From Ophelia neglecta (taxonomy: Eukaryota), in contig OZ260666.1 in assembly GCA_965285935.1 (NCBI GenBank), positions 7,192,001-7,256,000 on the forward strand: 64,000 bases of DNA, in the 5' to 3' direction. Shown here in pieces: positions 36,303 to 50,180 of this stretch. Below the pieces are notes generated by a model. The model ran no database searches, was not told the origin of the DNA, and was given only the letters and a program-made list of their open reading frames with translations. Position 1 is the stretch's first letter. Each line of letters opens with the position of its first letter. Made by a program: the position numbers and the translations under genes.

Positions 36303-37528
36303 AATCACTTTGATGTGAAAGACAAGGTGAAGGAGTCTTTAGGATCTAATTTGTTCAATGACTAATGGAGGATAGTCTACCAGCTTTCGTATAATAACAT
36401 ACGCCTGTCATTTTGTTTGATTCCTCTGATTCCTCCAAATCTTTGACAATTTAACTTTATTTCAAAAGGCTGAACTATTGAACGTTTTGATAAAGCACGA
36501 TACTACACAGTTAGTCCTGGTCTAAGAGCCACTTTACTCTGCCACTTGGTGTCTAACAACTTTGACTATGTTTTTGGCTATTTACCAAAAAGGCCTGGAC
36601 CACTAACCACTTTACCTCTCTATCCCCGAGACGCCCTTTTCAAGAGTCTGACAACGACACATAACACTCAGCATTAGGTTATACACCTGCTTTTGACACC
36701 TACTTCAGAGTGGATGAAAAAAAGTAAAAACATTCGGAAAATATCGGCGGTCTCATACTAGTCCTCCAATTTACTAGTGGCTGGTGAATTGGAAGATATT
36801 CGTGAACAATACAAAAAACCACAGCACTAAAACTACCACAGCCTCTTATACTTATAGCCCCTCTCTAACGTATAACACCCACTTGCGGGACTATAGTATA
36901 CTTAAATGGCAGCCGGTCAGTCAATGTGGCAGTCGCTGTCCAACCAACACCCTGCTAATGGCTTCCATTTTAAGTCACAATACCTGCAGGAAATCACTGA
37001 TTGATACAGAACATTCACAGTAATCCAGCGGCTTCCCGTATCCTTGTAAGTTACATTACGTTAATAAATCCTGAACGGAGACTTGTAATGTCGCTGACAG
37101 TTCTTAGTTCTTGATTAATTATCTTCAAGAACAACTCCCTTCAGCGCCTGGCATTGCGTTAGTGACATCTAAGAGCTTATTCTAAGCCTTGTTCTTCTCA
37201 CTCAAGCTCCTCTCATGTCTTGCCAAAGTGGTTTAGATATGATCATAGTTAATTGGCACACCAATAAGACGTAATTAGAAGAACCAATAAAGTCTAACCG
37301 TCAGCCAATTTAGCCCCACACAGGAGCCTACAAGTCATTGAATTGCCTCTGATGTCGGCAGGACATAGTATGCATGTAGTTAGTGTATTAGTTAGCCATT
37401 AGCTAGTCCGAGGTTTGTACTTAATAGTGGACTCCTTTGATATAAGACTAAACTTGAGTAAGACACTCACATTCAGAACGAGTGATTTGAGCTCCTAATA
37501 ACTAGAAAAACTGGCCAACTTTTCACCA
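36303..37528 (+). repeat. ~1.2-kb dispersed repeat copy 2
   Basis: Direct repeat of 28974-30281, roughly 70%. Confidence 0.8.
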
Positions 37529-37719
37529 ATAGCTGGCAGAACTGGCAGATGATATCTGCTCCTTGTTGCAAGCGAACACTGGTGTTATGAGTGGCAAGGC
37601 TGGTTGCCTTGCCAGAGCCGGAGAGAAGAGAGATTGACAGGGGGCGGCTATATGGGAAAGAAGGGGGCAGGGGGAGAAGGTGTGTGTGTGTGGGGGGGGG
37701 GGGGGGGGCTATAGGCCTG

Positions 37720-38075
37720 AGTTCTTAGGCACTATAGACCTTGATGTGAGCCCGATACGCCTTGATCTTCTCCCTCTGACGTTGTATGCACCACAGACCT
37801 CGGTCTAGAACTTGGTCTTACTCACTATAGGCTGGGGTTTACGACCACATAGTATAGCATTAACCTGGTTAAGGCCCTATATATCTGCAGTTTATGAAAA
37901 AACCTATTTGTCTAATGTCTTATGCAATCTTAGGGTCTCATGCTCTTCAGATATTTGGATAGATTCCCTATAGACATGCCGTCTTATGTCCTATAGATAT
38001 GCCGTCTTATGCCCTATAGACCTGCGGTCTTATGCCCTATAGACCTGCGGTCTTATGCCCTTTAGACATGGAGTC
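37720..38075. repeat. 20-bp minisatellite (ctatagacctgcggtcttatgcc)
   Basis: Near-perfect units 37965-38065, degenerate upstream. Confidence 0.8.
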
Positions 38076-41000
38076 TTTGGAGGAATGGACAATTAAGCCA
38101 ATTGAGGGGCAAACAAACATTACAATTTGATGTCTGTCAAATGCTGCTTTAATCAAAGGCTTTTGGCCAAAGCCTCATGTTTAGACAATCTATGAGGATA
38201 GAATGAACATCATATACAAAAACGGAATACAAAGTATCCCATGCCACCTTCCCCCACAGTGAATCCAATACACCCCCCCCCCCTAAGGTTTAGCCCAAAC
38301 CTCTCCCCCCCCCTCCCCCACAACCACCACTTCCCCAAGCCCCAGTGTGTCCCATGCCCCGCCCAGGTATCTTATGCCCCCCCCCCCCTGCATAAGTGTA
38401 CCTCCCGTACCCAGGGTACCCCATGATCCGTCTCCTCCGCCAAATGAACCCGCCCCCCCCCCCCCCAGCGTTAAACCTACCGCCTCTCATTGCCTAAACT
38501 GCCAGCACATCCAGGACCACACATACAGCCATGTGATTTCCCACAGTGTTACTTTTTCATTGTCTATTTACGTGTTCCTACACAAATAATTTCGGGATTA
38601 ACTGGGGAACGCGACGGCATGGAATGATTACTCTCAAACCGAACAATGCTGCATGGAGTTTTGCTTACACACATAAGAGCAATGAAGCCAGCTTATTTCA
38701 GGTTTCCAAGCCACCTGCTCACACGTGGCTTGAATTCTAAAAGACACAAGAATCACAAACAAACCCATGTATAGATATAAGTAACAAAAGGTTTTTCACA
38801 GTTCAGCAATATATATTCTCGATATTGGCCTGCCATCTTCTTGGCCCTCTGGTCAGCCCTCCCGACCCTTCCTCACCCCATTCAGGCCCTTGTCCATCTA
38901 GTCACCCCTACCGGCCGCTCTCATTTAACTCCCCCTAAGTATTTGGCCTGCTTGACCGCACTCCCATTCAATCACGTACTGCCCAGCTCGCAATACTGCC
39001 TCCATTAAACACCTCACCCCTCCACCTTAATACTCTCCGCTACCACACCCCCTCCAGTCCTGGACTGTCCAGCTCTCTACCCAGATCCCTGGCACCACCA
39101 CTCCACTTAACTACTTTCCTTTGCCACACCCCGTCCAGTAATGGACTGTCCAGCTCTCTAGCCTGATCCCTGGCACCACCCTAACCCTCCCCCAAACTAC
39201 TATCTTTTGCCCTTCCCCTGCAGTCCCTCTCCGGCCAGCCTTCTCCACCTACATGTGGACAGGCTTTTGGCACCAAGGGAATTATAATCTCCACCAGACA
39301 GACTAGTCTCATTTAGAAACCCATCAGCAGTGTTTGTGGGACGACCATTCACAATAATAAAGGAGCCATTAGGCGTCCCATTAGGGACCCCATTACTGTA
39401 CCTATAAGTGACTTCAGGGACCTGAGTTGTACGTGGCGAATCATCAACCAGACCTCCGGGAGCTCCAATGTATACTGTATAACAAATAATATTGTTTTAT
39501 GGCAAAGTGTCTCCAAGCGGAGAATTATAAGCACAGGGTTCAATTATGACGGGAATTCAATAATGTATGACGGGACCGGGCGGTTGTCACTAGCTGGGTG
39601 TGGGAGATCCAGGGGCGGTTGGCGAATCCTGGGTGTGTGAAACTAAGAGGGCAAGTGGCGCCTCCTGCGTGTGGCTGGGTGTGCGAGACTTCTTCACAGT
39701 CAGGGAACCCAACTTTCCGTCGCTATATATATGTCTGTTTTTGCAATGAAACCTCGCAATCCGACATGTTAATCAACCTTACATAATAAATAGTTCCAGG
39801 GCAAACACCCCTGTACTGCGTTCACCAGTTAGTCTTTTTGAGCAATACAGGTTTGTTTTGTGTTTCACTTCCTATTAATCATACGCTTTAAAACTATTCG
39901 AGAAAACGACTTGGAACCCATCTAGTTGTCCCACTGCAGGTTGCTGTAAGAAAATGCATTCTCTGGAAATAGATCGATATTTGCGAAGTTAAAATGTCCC
40001 CACATGAGAAGTTCCTGTTTGAGAACGTATATATTACAGTATATATGCGGCCTCCCGGTAATAAAACCCAGACCTTCCCTGGAACATATCATCTCATCAT
40101 TCAAAAGTATTTGCCCTGTGTTATAAATGGATAATGGTAGACAATTATTGCATAAAAATCACTTTCTATGCACGAATGCACAGCCAAATACCTTGTGAAA
40201 TTGTAGCCACACAAAACCTGGTTAACATATCCGGGTTTAAAGTTTCCCTCCTTTATGTAGGTTTAGCTCCAGCCCTGGAGAACAGGTGTGATAACAGCGC
40301 TTTTAACATGGAAAACAAACTATTGTAGTAACATTTGGCTAAGGCACACCCTGTGTGTTATCTTAGGAATGCCCCACCGGCCGGAGAGGTGTGGGGGGGG
40401 GGTTCTAGTACGGTTGCAGATGCTACAGGGTCTGCAGAAATAGGAAGCCGTTTGTTGTCCTTGTTCAACAACCCCAGCCAAACAAGTGAGTTTAGTTTAA
40501 TTAATAACATTAGTGCAAAGAAACCAGGAAACTTCAGTTCTCCCGACACACCTGCTCACACTTGGCTTCAAACGCCTGAAAACACATGAATGACAAACAC
40601 ATTATTTGGTATGACACCACAACTGTATACTCATTTTTAAAGGTCCGTACACGAGTCATTTAAGAAAAAAAGGGGCGAGTCTTGGGGGTGTGGGGGGGGG
40701 GGGGGGGGTCGGGGATCCCTATGTGAGTCTTTGTGGGTTTTCGAGGCTCAAATGTCACGGGGTCATTGGTATAAGCCTCCTTGTTTGCTTGGAGGGTATA
40801 TACTGGAAACTCAGACAAAATCTGGGTGATATTTACAAATCATGTTGGTATGGTCTCACACAGGGATTTGGAGCCAAAGGGGGTCAGGATTTATTTGACA
40901 CGGGTCTTTCCAAAAGAAAGCTCACATCAGTGAAAGTGGCAGCATGCCGAGGATGATTCTATGCTGATTGTGGGTGCACATCTGGAGAGTTCTGGGGCTT

Positions 41001-43514
41001 GGTACTGTTTGATTCTGCTGGCTGGGAGGTATGGTGTATCTTCAGTAAATATTAATGGTAATCGATAAACGACTCGAACTGCACACAAAACAGCAACTTG
41101 CTGCTGTCTGCTGCATGCCAGGGGGATAGAGATTGCATGAGATAAACTCGGATAGAAATAACAGGAGGAATTTCATGTATTCGTTGTCAGGTGTGTCGAG
41201 ACAATTCAGATATCTTCACATCAAAGGAAGCATCAGCAGTGAGGTGCAGTTTACTTGTACAAGATCGGTTAAAAGGAAAAGTGTTCCATCACTGCTGCCT
41301 GCATTATAATTGATTTGCTAAAAATTGCACAGTTCAAAGTGTAATCCTAAGAAATATCAATCGCAACATAGTTAAAATTTATGTTGCATTGCCATGATAA
41401 TCAAAAGAACTCCTTCACTGCAACGATAAATAATAAAGACTGGTTGTGTGTGCTGCTTGGTAGTAGGTGACGGTCGTGATTCTTGAAGATGATCACCTTT
41501 CCTACAAAGGAAGGAGAACAGATATTACCTTCTGGTCATGGAAGGTTATCAAATTATCAAAACTAAGGTGGACGTATTAAACGGTAGGGCGATTGCTTAC
41601 TACCGAAAGCCTAGCTCCAGAAGATAAAGAGGCACTTCCTCGGATACATACTTATTATATGGGACAGCCCAGATATTCATGGCTGGATTTATTTGAAATT
41701 TGATCGGTTATATTTGGCATAACACATAGTCATTGGGTAACACTGATAATAACGAATTTTTGTTACTTTCCCTCGAAATTGGCACTTGTTTAAAATGAAG
41801 TCTACTACGTTTTATAGACATCCATTAAATCTATTTGGTTGCCATGCTTATCGTTGTAAACCGATTGATTCATGTCAACCACAAATAACCAATGACGACT
41901 TCCTTTCACTCCGTCATGTGCTTCCTCCAGACACATCAGACTTCTGCCATCGTCTCCTGATTTATCAGGCAGGGAATCAATCCATTACTGGTTGCCTTGT
42001 CAACAGGCTCTCTAATTGGATTGACTTCCCATTCTTTGATAGGTTTGTGTATAATTAATTACTGTTAAGACTTTATTCAGTTATTTCTCAGAAACACAAC
42101 AGTCATGAAAATCATTCTGGATAAGTGATGTCTAAATCTTATCAATTATTCATCATGAATGATAGATGAAAACTTGCGTAGATCTAGTCTTCCTAGGAGG
42201 AATACCCCCCGACCTTAACTCAGCAACATTTTTATTATGTCGCTCAGCATCCTTCAAACAGACTACCAGGGATTTAACAGGAGTTTTGATAGCCTCAAGG
42301 GAGCGACACCCTGCGATTGACTTCTAGAGTCTTCGTGGACTCTCTTATTTAACCGATGTTTCTGATAGTTACGGAGGGGGGGGGGGGAGTCCTAGTTAGT
42401 CTGAAGTACATGCCCCGCAAGTCATGAGGAGCACAAAGATGATCTAACCAAGCCTCTTGATAGATGCTCGGAGACTTGATTAGTGACAATGCACTGAATG
42501 ATTTATCGCAGCATAACAAGGACGATGGGGGAACATTAAACTAAAACTCATGAATGCAATAATTAATGGCGTGCGGTTTTCACAAGGACAGCACTAATTG
42601 GATCTATAATTAGAAGGTCAGAGATCCCAGTGGTATGAATTTCATATGTACTGGCTCATACCCGTCCACGGTTACTATGGTTACGATAACTCAGATCACA
42701 TATTCTGCCAAGATTGGCCATATATGTCCTGACCAGTCAGGCGAGAACTTCAAGCTTGTTCCCAGAGAAGTCACCTGATTTCCCATGAGCCTCTGCTTCG
42801 GGTGAAAATTGTAATAACATCAGGCAATCCTACACTTACTGACCCGACAACAGCATGTCCGCAAAGAGGATTCATTTTAAGTGAACAACATTAAACCCAA
42901 AAAATCTACGCTTACAGGAGAACTCTATAAGAGTACACTTTAGAATGTGTTAGAAATACAATTTGTTAATGCTTAATTTATTGAAATTTTGTCTATTTTA
43001 AGGGTCATATTTATGGCAATTTCAAACACATAGGGACACATTTTTGTGATTTTTCTATCAGATGGACCCCTATTTTAAACCTGGGTGGAGCAACCCTGTC
43101 CAATATGTTTGGAAATGCCTCCCTTACTCCAATCGGGCTCCCATCCCACAAGTTAATAGAGCCGCGACCTCCGCCTCCCGGACCCCTCCTCAGTTAATAA
43201 ATCCCCCTCCCCTTCCGCCTAGTTAAAACAACATGCTCTTCCCCTTCAAACAATGGCTGCCACTGCATTTCATCTGACATGTTGACACTCTACACACAAT
43301 ACTGTGATCATGATTCGACCTCATAAATCCACACAATCAAAGGAAATAACAAACGGGAAATCATTACTCACTGTAGGCGGAGATTTAGGTTATAACTAGG
43401 TGGAAGTCATCACTTACGGGAGGGAGAGCTAGGTTCTATGCTGGGGATGGCTGCCGCCTCCCAGACCCAGATGAAATGGGTTTCCTCCTAAATGGGGCTC
43501 TGGGCAAAAGAACA

Positions 43515-43972
43515 TAGGGGCCTCTCTGGATATGTTCTTAGGGGCCCCTTGAGGAAGGAAGGTGGGACCCCTCTGTTCTTAGGGGCCCCTCTAGGAGGGA
43601 AGGTGGGACCCCTCAGTTCTTAAGGGACCCTCGAGAACAGGGCCCTAAGAAAAAGGGTGCTCAAAAACAGGGCATTTAAGAACAAGTACCCTAAAAACAG
43701 GGCCGCAAAGAATATGGCCCTTTAGAACAGGACCTCTAAACAAGGCAAATAACGGGCCTTTAAGATCAGGGCCCAAGGAACATCGCATCTAAGATAAGGG
43801 TCTTGAGAACAGAGCCCCTAAGAACAGGGCCCTAAGAGCAGGGATCCAAAGAACAAGGTTCCAAAGATCAGGGTCCTTAAGAAGAGGGCCTCTAAGAATT
43901 GGGCTCATAAGTACAAGGCCCCAAAGAAGAGGGAATCTAAGAACACAGGGGCCCTAACAACATGACTCAAGA
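43515..43972. repeat. ~17-bp minisatellite (cctaagaacagggc), with inverted units at the left end
   Basis: About 20 units. Confidence 0.85.
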
Positions 43973-44944
43973 ACTGAACCGCCTTGGGTGGATGGGGAGG
44001 GGGGGGGGGGGGTAGCCGGGGTGCAGGCGACCCAAGGGGACTGACCTCTCTTTTTCCTTCAGCAGTACTATTTACACAATACAACATCTTGATGGAGTGC
44101 GATGAGTGTCCTAGCAAGTAGTTGAGACTGTCTGCTAGGCTTACAAGACCCACTACTCGCACCGGGAAATGCTACAAAGATCCACTTTACTCTAGTAGTA
44201 TGTGAAGATGCTTTAACAGCAGTTTTATACAGTCCATGTTGTGCATATCTGGTGGATATCTATAAAAACTACTAACTACTGCATGTGACCATAAGAAGCG
44301 CACGTGTTATGTGCATGTATTTTCTCGAATACGCAATATATTAATATATTGTGGGAGTTGTTTTAGGCCGTTTAACACCAGGGGGCATTACGTATACAAT
44401 CGAGACTATAGTGGCGGCATAAAGCAACCTTTTGGAATTTTTTTTTTTTTTGAAATTGTCAAAATGAATGTTCAAATAGCCAAGCATTTCAGAAATATTG
44501 CCTATAAACCCGTATCTAAGAAAAATAATTCTCCCAAGACGATCTTTTCTGGTTGCAACTATCTAGTATGGTGGACATTAACATCCCCCCCCCCCCCCCC
44601 ATCCTCCTTCATTCCACACTCCGACATATTCACTGCACCTCAATTTTTAATCCATTGTCAACAAGGCTAGGTATAATGTATGAGACCGAAAAATAGAATC
44701 ATCATAACAAAAGTAGGATCTAAGGCTAAGATCAATATGCTGAACCAAAATATCAAATATATTGATTTCAAACACAAAGCTTGTGAAGGACATTTGTACA
44801 GCAGGATGTTATTGATTGAAAGCAGGTGTGACTGACAAGTCGGAATAGAGATATACATTAGACAATATATATAAAGACGCACCCAGATAGCATAAAGCAC
44901 TAGCCGAGCACTGGGCCACCATTGTCGACAGGGCCAATCATATC

Positions 44945-45188
44945 GTTATGGAATAGACATGGAGGTATGAGTATAGAAATATCAGCGATGTGTGTATGGA
45001 AATTTTGGTTAAAAAGATATGTCAGCATAGAGAGTCGGTATTGAGATAACAGTGTATATAGTATAGAGATGTGGATAGTATGGAGATGTCGGTATACAGG
45101 TGGGAGCGAGTAGATGTTGGTAGAGAGATGTCGGTATACAGATGTCATAATAAAGTCGTGAAAGAGATGTCTGTAGAAAGATGTCATT
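44945..45188. repeat. Degenerate gagatgtcggtataca minisatellite
   Basis: Repeated gagatgt core. Confidence 0.65.
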
Positions 45189-46557
45189 GTCGATCCACTT
45201 TGCTGAGTGACATTGTAAATCTACAAGTACTACAAAACATGCACAAAATTCCTACCGTGAGATAGTTGAAATAAAAGCGGATAACATTATCCGTATATTA
45301 TCTTGTAAAGCCAATGCAACCCCTTGTACACACTGTATCATTGAAGCTAATCTATCTGTCATTGCTAGACATATGTTTGTACAAATTCCATACTGGCCTG
45401 TGGACTGTTAATTAGATAGAGGAAATCTGAATACACAATGCAGGTGTATATACAAAATAAACATACTTGTATATAGGCTTGTTTGCAGACTTGCTCTAGA
45501 ACACGCGACAAATGAGGTGGACAGGATGGGGAGATATATAAAAAAAAGCTAAAATTACGATTTTGCATAACAAATGTGTCTGAATTGATCCAAGTTGGAG
45601 TACAGTGTCCACTCTTTAGGATTGTTCCTGGCCGGGTTATTTATTTCCTAACCAATGTTAAATCAGTACATCAGGTGTTCCAAGCATGTTCTGGGGGTTG
45701 AGCTTAGTCCATGGCGGTTAGAGGCCTACTCAGAGGGGAGGGATGTTCTAACCTGAGCCCACGGTTAGCATGTCTTTTGTTCATCATGAAGAGAATGAAG
45801 CGTGTATGCGTTAAATGATTAATCAGGGGAAAGCCAATAAGGGTCTACTACACTCAGTGAGAGCTCTATACAGTTAGCTGGCCTTCATAGTAGACAACCA
45901 CGTATTGTACTAAATACTGAGGAAAGTAAAAACAACTTTTATACATAACACATGGAACAAACTATGATAGAAATATAGTCTGATGGCAGAGGTAAAAACA
46001 ACAGGCTAGGCGGCTCCCCGTCCGGCCACACTTAGGGAGGGGGAGACTGCCCATTAGGACATTCTGGGGGCATCGATTTTTGAGGGGATTGGGGTTTAAT
46101 CAACAGCTAGCTAGGTTCGCCCCGTCATGACATTCTAGGGCTTTGGGGGGAGGGAAGGGGGGGTAAACGTTGAAGATCTTTTTTTTTCTCTCTAAATGCC
46201 TCAGACCTAACCTGTTTTACGTAAATAACTAAAGAAGTGGATACCTAAACCTGGGAAAACATCTTTTTCTTCCAACTAAGAGAACCCTACTTTTCATTAA
46301 AAATGTTCTTCCCCCATCCCGATCTTCAATTTCCTAATGTATTTCGGCGTGTTAGCCTTCCTATCACAGAAATGTAGCGGTAAAGGCTCAGTACGAGGTG
46401 CCACTCGGCCTCTCTGGGATATGATCTGATGGCGGCCAGCCAAAGGGGCCACCGTCTGATCTGCTATTACCAGCCATATATGGCATCAGAGAAGTTGTAT
46501 CGTTACCTCTTTATTAGATATATTCATTAAAGCATATCAAAGAGTGTTGAAATTTAC

Positions 46558-46683
46558 CATTCTGTGTGCTTCTTTTTTTTCACCGAGCGAAACGATTTCG
46601 AGTCTGCGTGAGGGGACTTTCCTGTGCTTTCCCGTTGTGTATAAGTAAGAGCTGCCCCACACTGGCCGTATTTCATTTTCCAT
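46558..46683 (-). CDS. Candidate alternative first exon 1b: MENEIRPVWGSSYLYTTGKHRKVPSRRLEIVSLGEKKEAHRM
   Basis: 42 open codons from TCAATGG ending exactly at a phase-0 ATG|gtaaat donor; unique hydrophilic sequence. Confidence 0.4.
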
Positions 46684-48091
46684 TGAAATCAGTTAAGGAT
46701 TTTCCTTCAAACACAGTATCCTCAACCGCAGCACTCATTTCATCTTCCTCCGCTCAGATGCTGTGTGTTCTAATGAGCACCGTATACAGTATATATTTCA
46801 GCCAGCTAACCTGGCCCATAACAGACAGGTAAATAGTTATTTTCTCACTATATATTTCTATATTAAAAGCAGCCAAACCATTATATTTGTCAGGAGGCTT
46901 GCCACAGGGTAAGTAACATGGAACAGCTGTCTGCCTATATAATCATTGTCAACCGTACACCTCCTTGAGAGTTCAGCGCCTACTCGTAATATAATACTAC
47001 TGTGAAATACACTACTACAAGAAACAAATCAATGAGCCTAAGGGTAAATTCATTGAAAAGTTTTTCCCTGATATTGTTTTGGTACAAGCCAGACAAGACC
47101 ACAAGTTTGGAAATCGGAATGCTCATTAATCTCAGCTCTTTATGAATTAATTGACTTACTAGTTGGTGCAAATTTTCCTTTTGCCATGATTTAACTATTT
47201 TCGCATAAAGGCATATATGTTTCAGGATATTCTTGGTAACTGGAAACAAAATGTTATTCTTGTGTCATTTTAGATATTGAAATGCCCACAGACCGAGCTG
47301 TACCGAGTTTTCATCCAGTAAAGTACATCACACATATTATGGCGACATTACTGAGACAATTGGCTAAAACAGTGTATCAGTGACCTCACGGGGAATCTAA
47401 GGCCCGCTCTGAATGGCGTGTGCATCTAGGCTTGGAAAACCAGACCTAGCAATGTAAATCTTCTTGCTAAACTTGAACCAACACACTTAAATATGAAGCA
47501 AAAATTTTAACTTTCAAAACGAAACCTTTCTGCAAAATTATGTGAAAAAAAATTCTCTCAGAAATAAAACAAAGCAACATAAACAGCACCATCGTGCTGT
47601 ATGTAAACGGTAGTTAACCACCCCCCCCCCACCCCCACCCCACCCCCATCACCACCCCCACCACCTCCACGCCCCCACCCACCCCCCACCTGCAACCCCC
47701 ACCTCCACCCCCTGCCACCACCCCCAAGTCATTGACACAATATACTTAATACTTGCCAATCAACATAAATGAGGCTCGTCAAGTCAATACAGGGCTTGTT
47801 TCGATGGAACCCTTAACTGTGATTTGGAGGTAATGAGCCGAAACCGTGTATGCCTGATATCGGGGACAACTGGAAGAAAAACTTAGTGTGTATATAATTA
47901 TAACCAGGTGGCAAACTTTAATGGGAAGGGAGTAGGAAAGTGACACCTTACTGGGTGTCTGTTAAGGGGTGAGAGACCCAGAACTCCCCCCCCCCCTTGT
48001 TCACAGAATACAGGATTACCATCACACAGATTCATATCTATATATAATGTCACTGTCCTCTCCAGTAACTTGTGGACCTGCCATCCTCTTG

Positions 48092-48347
48092 TTCTGAAAT
48101 TTACCGTAGTCAGGAAAGGCAAACGTTTTATCTGAGATTTACCGTAGTCAAGCAGACCTATCGTCCGAGAATATTAACGGTAGTAAGACAGATATTGCCT
48201 GAAGTTTACCATAATGAGGTCGGACAGACTTTTCGTCTAAGAATGACCGTATCGTCTGAGATTTACCGTGGTAAGGTCAGCCAGACATATCGGCTGTGAT
48301 TGACAGTAGTCTGGTCATTCAGACTTGTCAACTGACTTTTACCGTAA
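48092..48347. repeat. ~31-bp minisatellite (ctgagatttaccgtagtc...)
   Basis: About 8 units. Confidence 0.8.
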
Positions 48348-48496
48348 TTGAATTTCTTTAATGATTACATGCTATAAACAAAATCATTTCTATGAGCAAG
48401 ATAATATAGCTTATAATCACCATGTATTTTCGCCAGGAAACTATCGCTGAGTAAGTTCAGAGAGGCTAAGTAAGGAAATGGCATACAGAACGTCAA

Positions 48497-48687
48497 CCAC
48501 CGGCTCTGTCCTTCCTCGGATCAAATAATAATACTATACCTAACTAAACTACTCTGATAAACTAAACAGGGTCCCCCACTGGCTCTGCCATGTCATCCTC
48601 GGATCATATAATACTACTATACCTAACTAAACTACTCTGATAAACTAAACAGGGTCACCCACCGGATCTTCCATGTCCTCTTCGGAC
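48497..48687. repeat. ~80-bp tandem echoes of the candidate exon 1c donor junction
   Basis: actatacctaactaaactactctgataaactaaacagggtc repeated exactly twice, each unit carrying a copy of ccac(c/t)gg...tcgga exon end. Confidence 0.85.
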
Positions 48688-48698
48688 CCGGGATCCAT
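48663..48698 (-). CDS. Candidate alternative first exon 1c: MDPGSEEDMEDP (frame open upstream to 48869)
   Basis: ACCATGG Kozak context, CCG|gtgggt phase-0 donor, CpG-rich surroundings, and the junction is tandemly echoed into the intron as at confirmed exons. Confidence 0.55.
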
Positions 48699-49339
48699 GG
48701 TCTTCCTCGCCCGTGGATCCTTGATCAAGACGTCTGATTGGACTCGTAACTCCTGAAGCCGTTCCCGGCTGCTACTGTTACACCTGCTCTCCGCGCCCGG
48801 ACCCGAATCCGGACCAGAGGACTGAGTGGCCGCCGCGAAAATCTTGTCAGCTTGCCGTAAAACGGCCACTAAACTAGACGATAAAGCAATCGACCGGTGC
48901 TAGGTGATAATCACGCGGCTATCAGCCAGCTGTGCCTGTGTGTATGGATGGCAGATAAAAACGCTACGGAAATTACCTGGAATCTCCCCAGAGCGGCACA
49001 AAACAGACCCGCTCGTGGACAACCAGCCATCCAACACAGGACTGGTTATGTGGTTAACGATAAACAATCCTTATGGTGTTATCTATACCCGCCGATACAC
49101 TATCTAACAGCCTCACACAAGGCGGCCTAACATCAGGCCTCTGTATCACGGCAAGTCAGTTTTGTCCTGTATCACACCAGGTGGCCTAACTACACGCCCT
49201 GTGTATCACGACAGGTGAGTTTTTGTCATAAAACCTGCCAATGTATTCCACAACACCACATTCATATATCTGAAAGATACCACGTATGAATGTATCAATT
49301 CTGTTGACCGTAGCCAGGCCTCGTCCGAGCACAAAACTC

Positions 49340-49580
49340 CTGCAGAATATCCTACAATCTGAATATCCTACGAAACGCATGTTGTACAATCTGGACATGC
49401 TACATTTTGATAATCCTACCACTTGAATATTCAACAAGCTAAATATTGTACAATCTGAATCTAAACCAATCTGAATATCCTACAATCTGAATAAGGTAAG
49501 AAATGAATATCCTATAATATGAACGTTGTACAGTCTGAATTTCCTAAAGTCTACAATCCTGCAATTTAGGTGACTGAATA
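49340..49580. repeat. 16-bp minisatellite (tacaatctgaatatcc)
   Basis: About 13 units. Confidence 0.85.
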
Positions 49581-49581
49581 T

Positions 49582-50180
49582 CTGTCTGTCAGACGTCACA
49601 GAGACTGGGTTAGTACGGTAATACCGTTGTTTGTCTATCGACTGATCTCTCAGGTAGTGCTGTCTCTCATACCCCTACAAGATCTGACTGTCACTGACTG
49701 TACAGTTAGCGATCTGCTTCCAGAGCTCTGCGTGTTCTGAAAGATCCTTGTCAGATTTCAAGGTCGGATCTCACGGAGGCTGGGGTGAGGAAGGTTACAC
49801 CTCTTTCAAACTGTCAGATCTCACAATCGCACCTCACAGTCAGTTCTCACGGAGACTGGGGTTAGCAAGGTCATACTACATTCTCCCTATCACGACAGGT
49901 TAGTGATGTCCTGCCTCCATAGCTCTGTGTGTCCTGCCTCCAAAGCTCTGACCTCTGACCTCACTGTCAGATCTCACGGACACTGGAGTTAGTAAGGTTA
50001 TACTACTTTCGCCCTATCACTACAGGTCAGTGATGTCCTGTCTTCAAAGCTCTGAGTGCTCTGTCAGTGGTGGGATCTCACTGTCAGATCTCACGGTCAG
50101 ATCTCACAGAGACTGGAGTTAGTAAGGTTATAACTCTTTCGCCCCATCTCGGAAGGTTAGTACTGTCCTGCCTCCAGGGC
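49582..50180. repeat. ~125-bp tandem repeat (tgtcagatctcacggagactggggttagtaaggttatac...)
   Basis: 4-5 degenerate units. Confidence 0.8.

Noticed and set aside
38241-38589. Pro-rich and Gly-rich ORFs
   Set aside because: Artefacts of C/G homopolymer runs.
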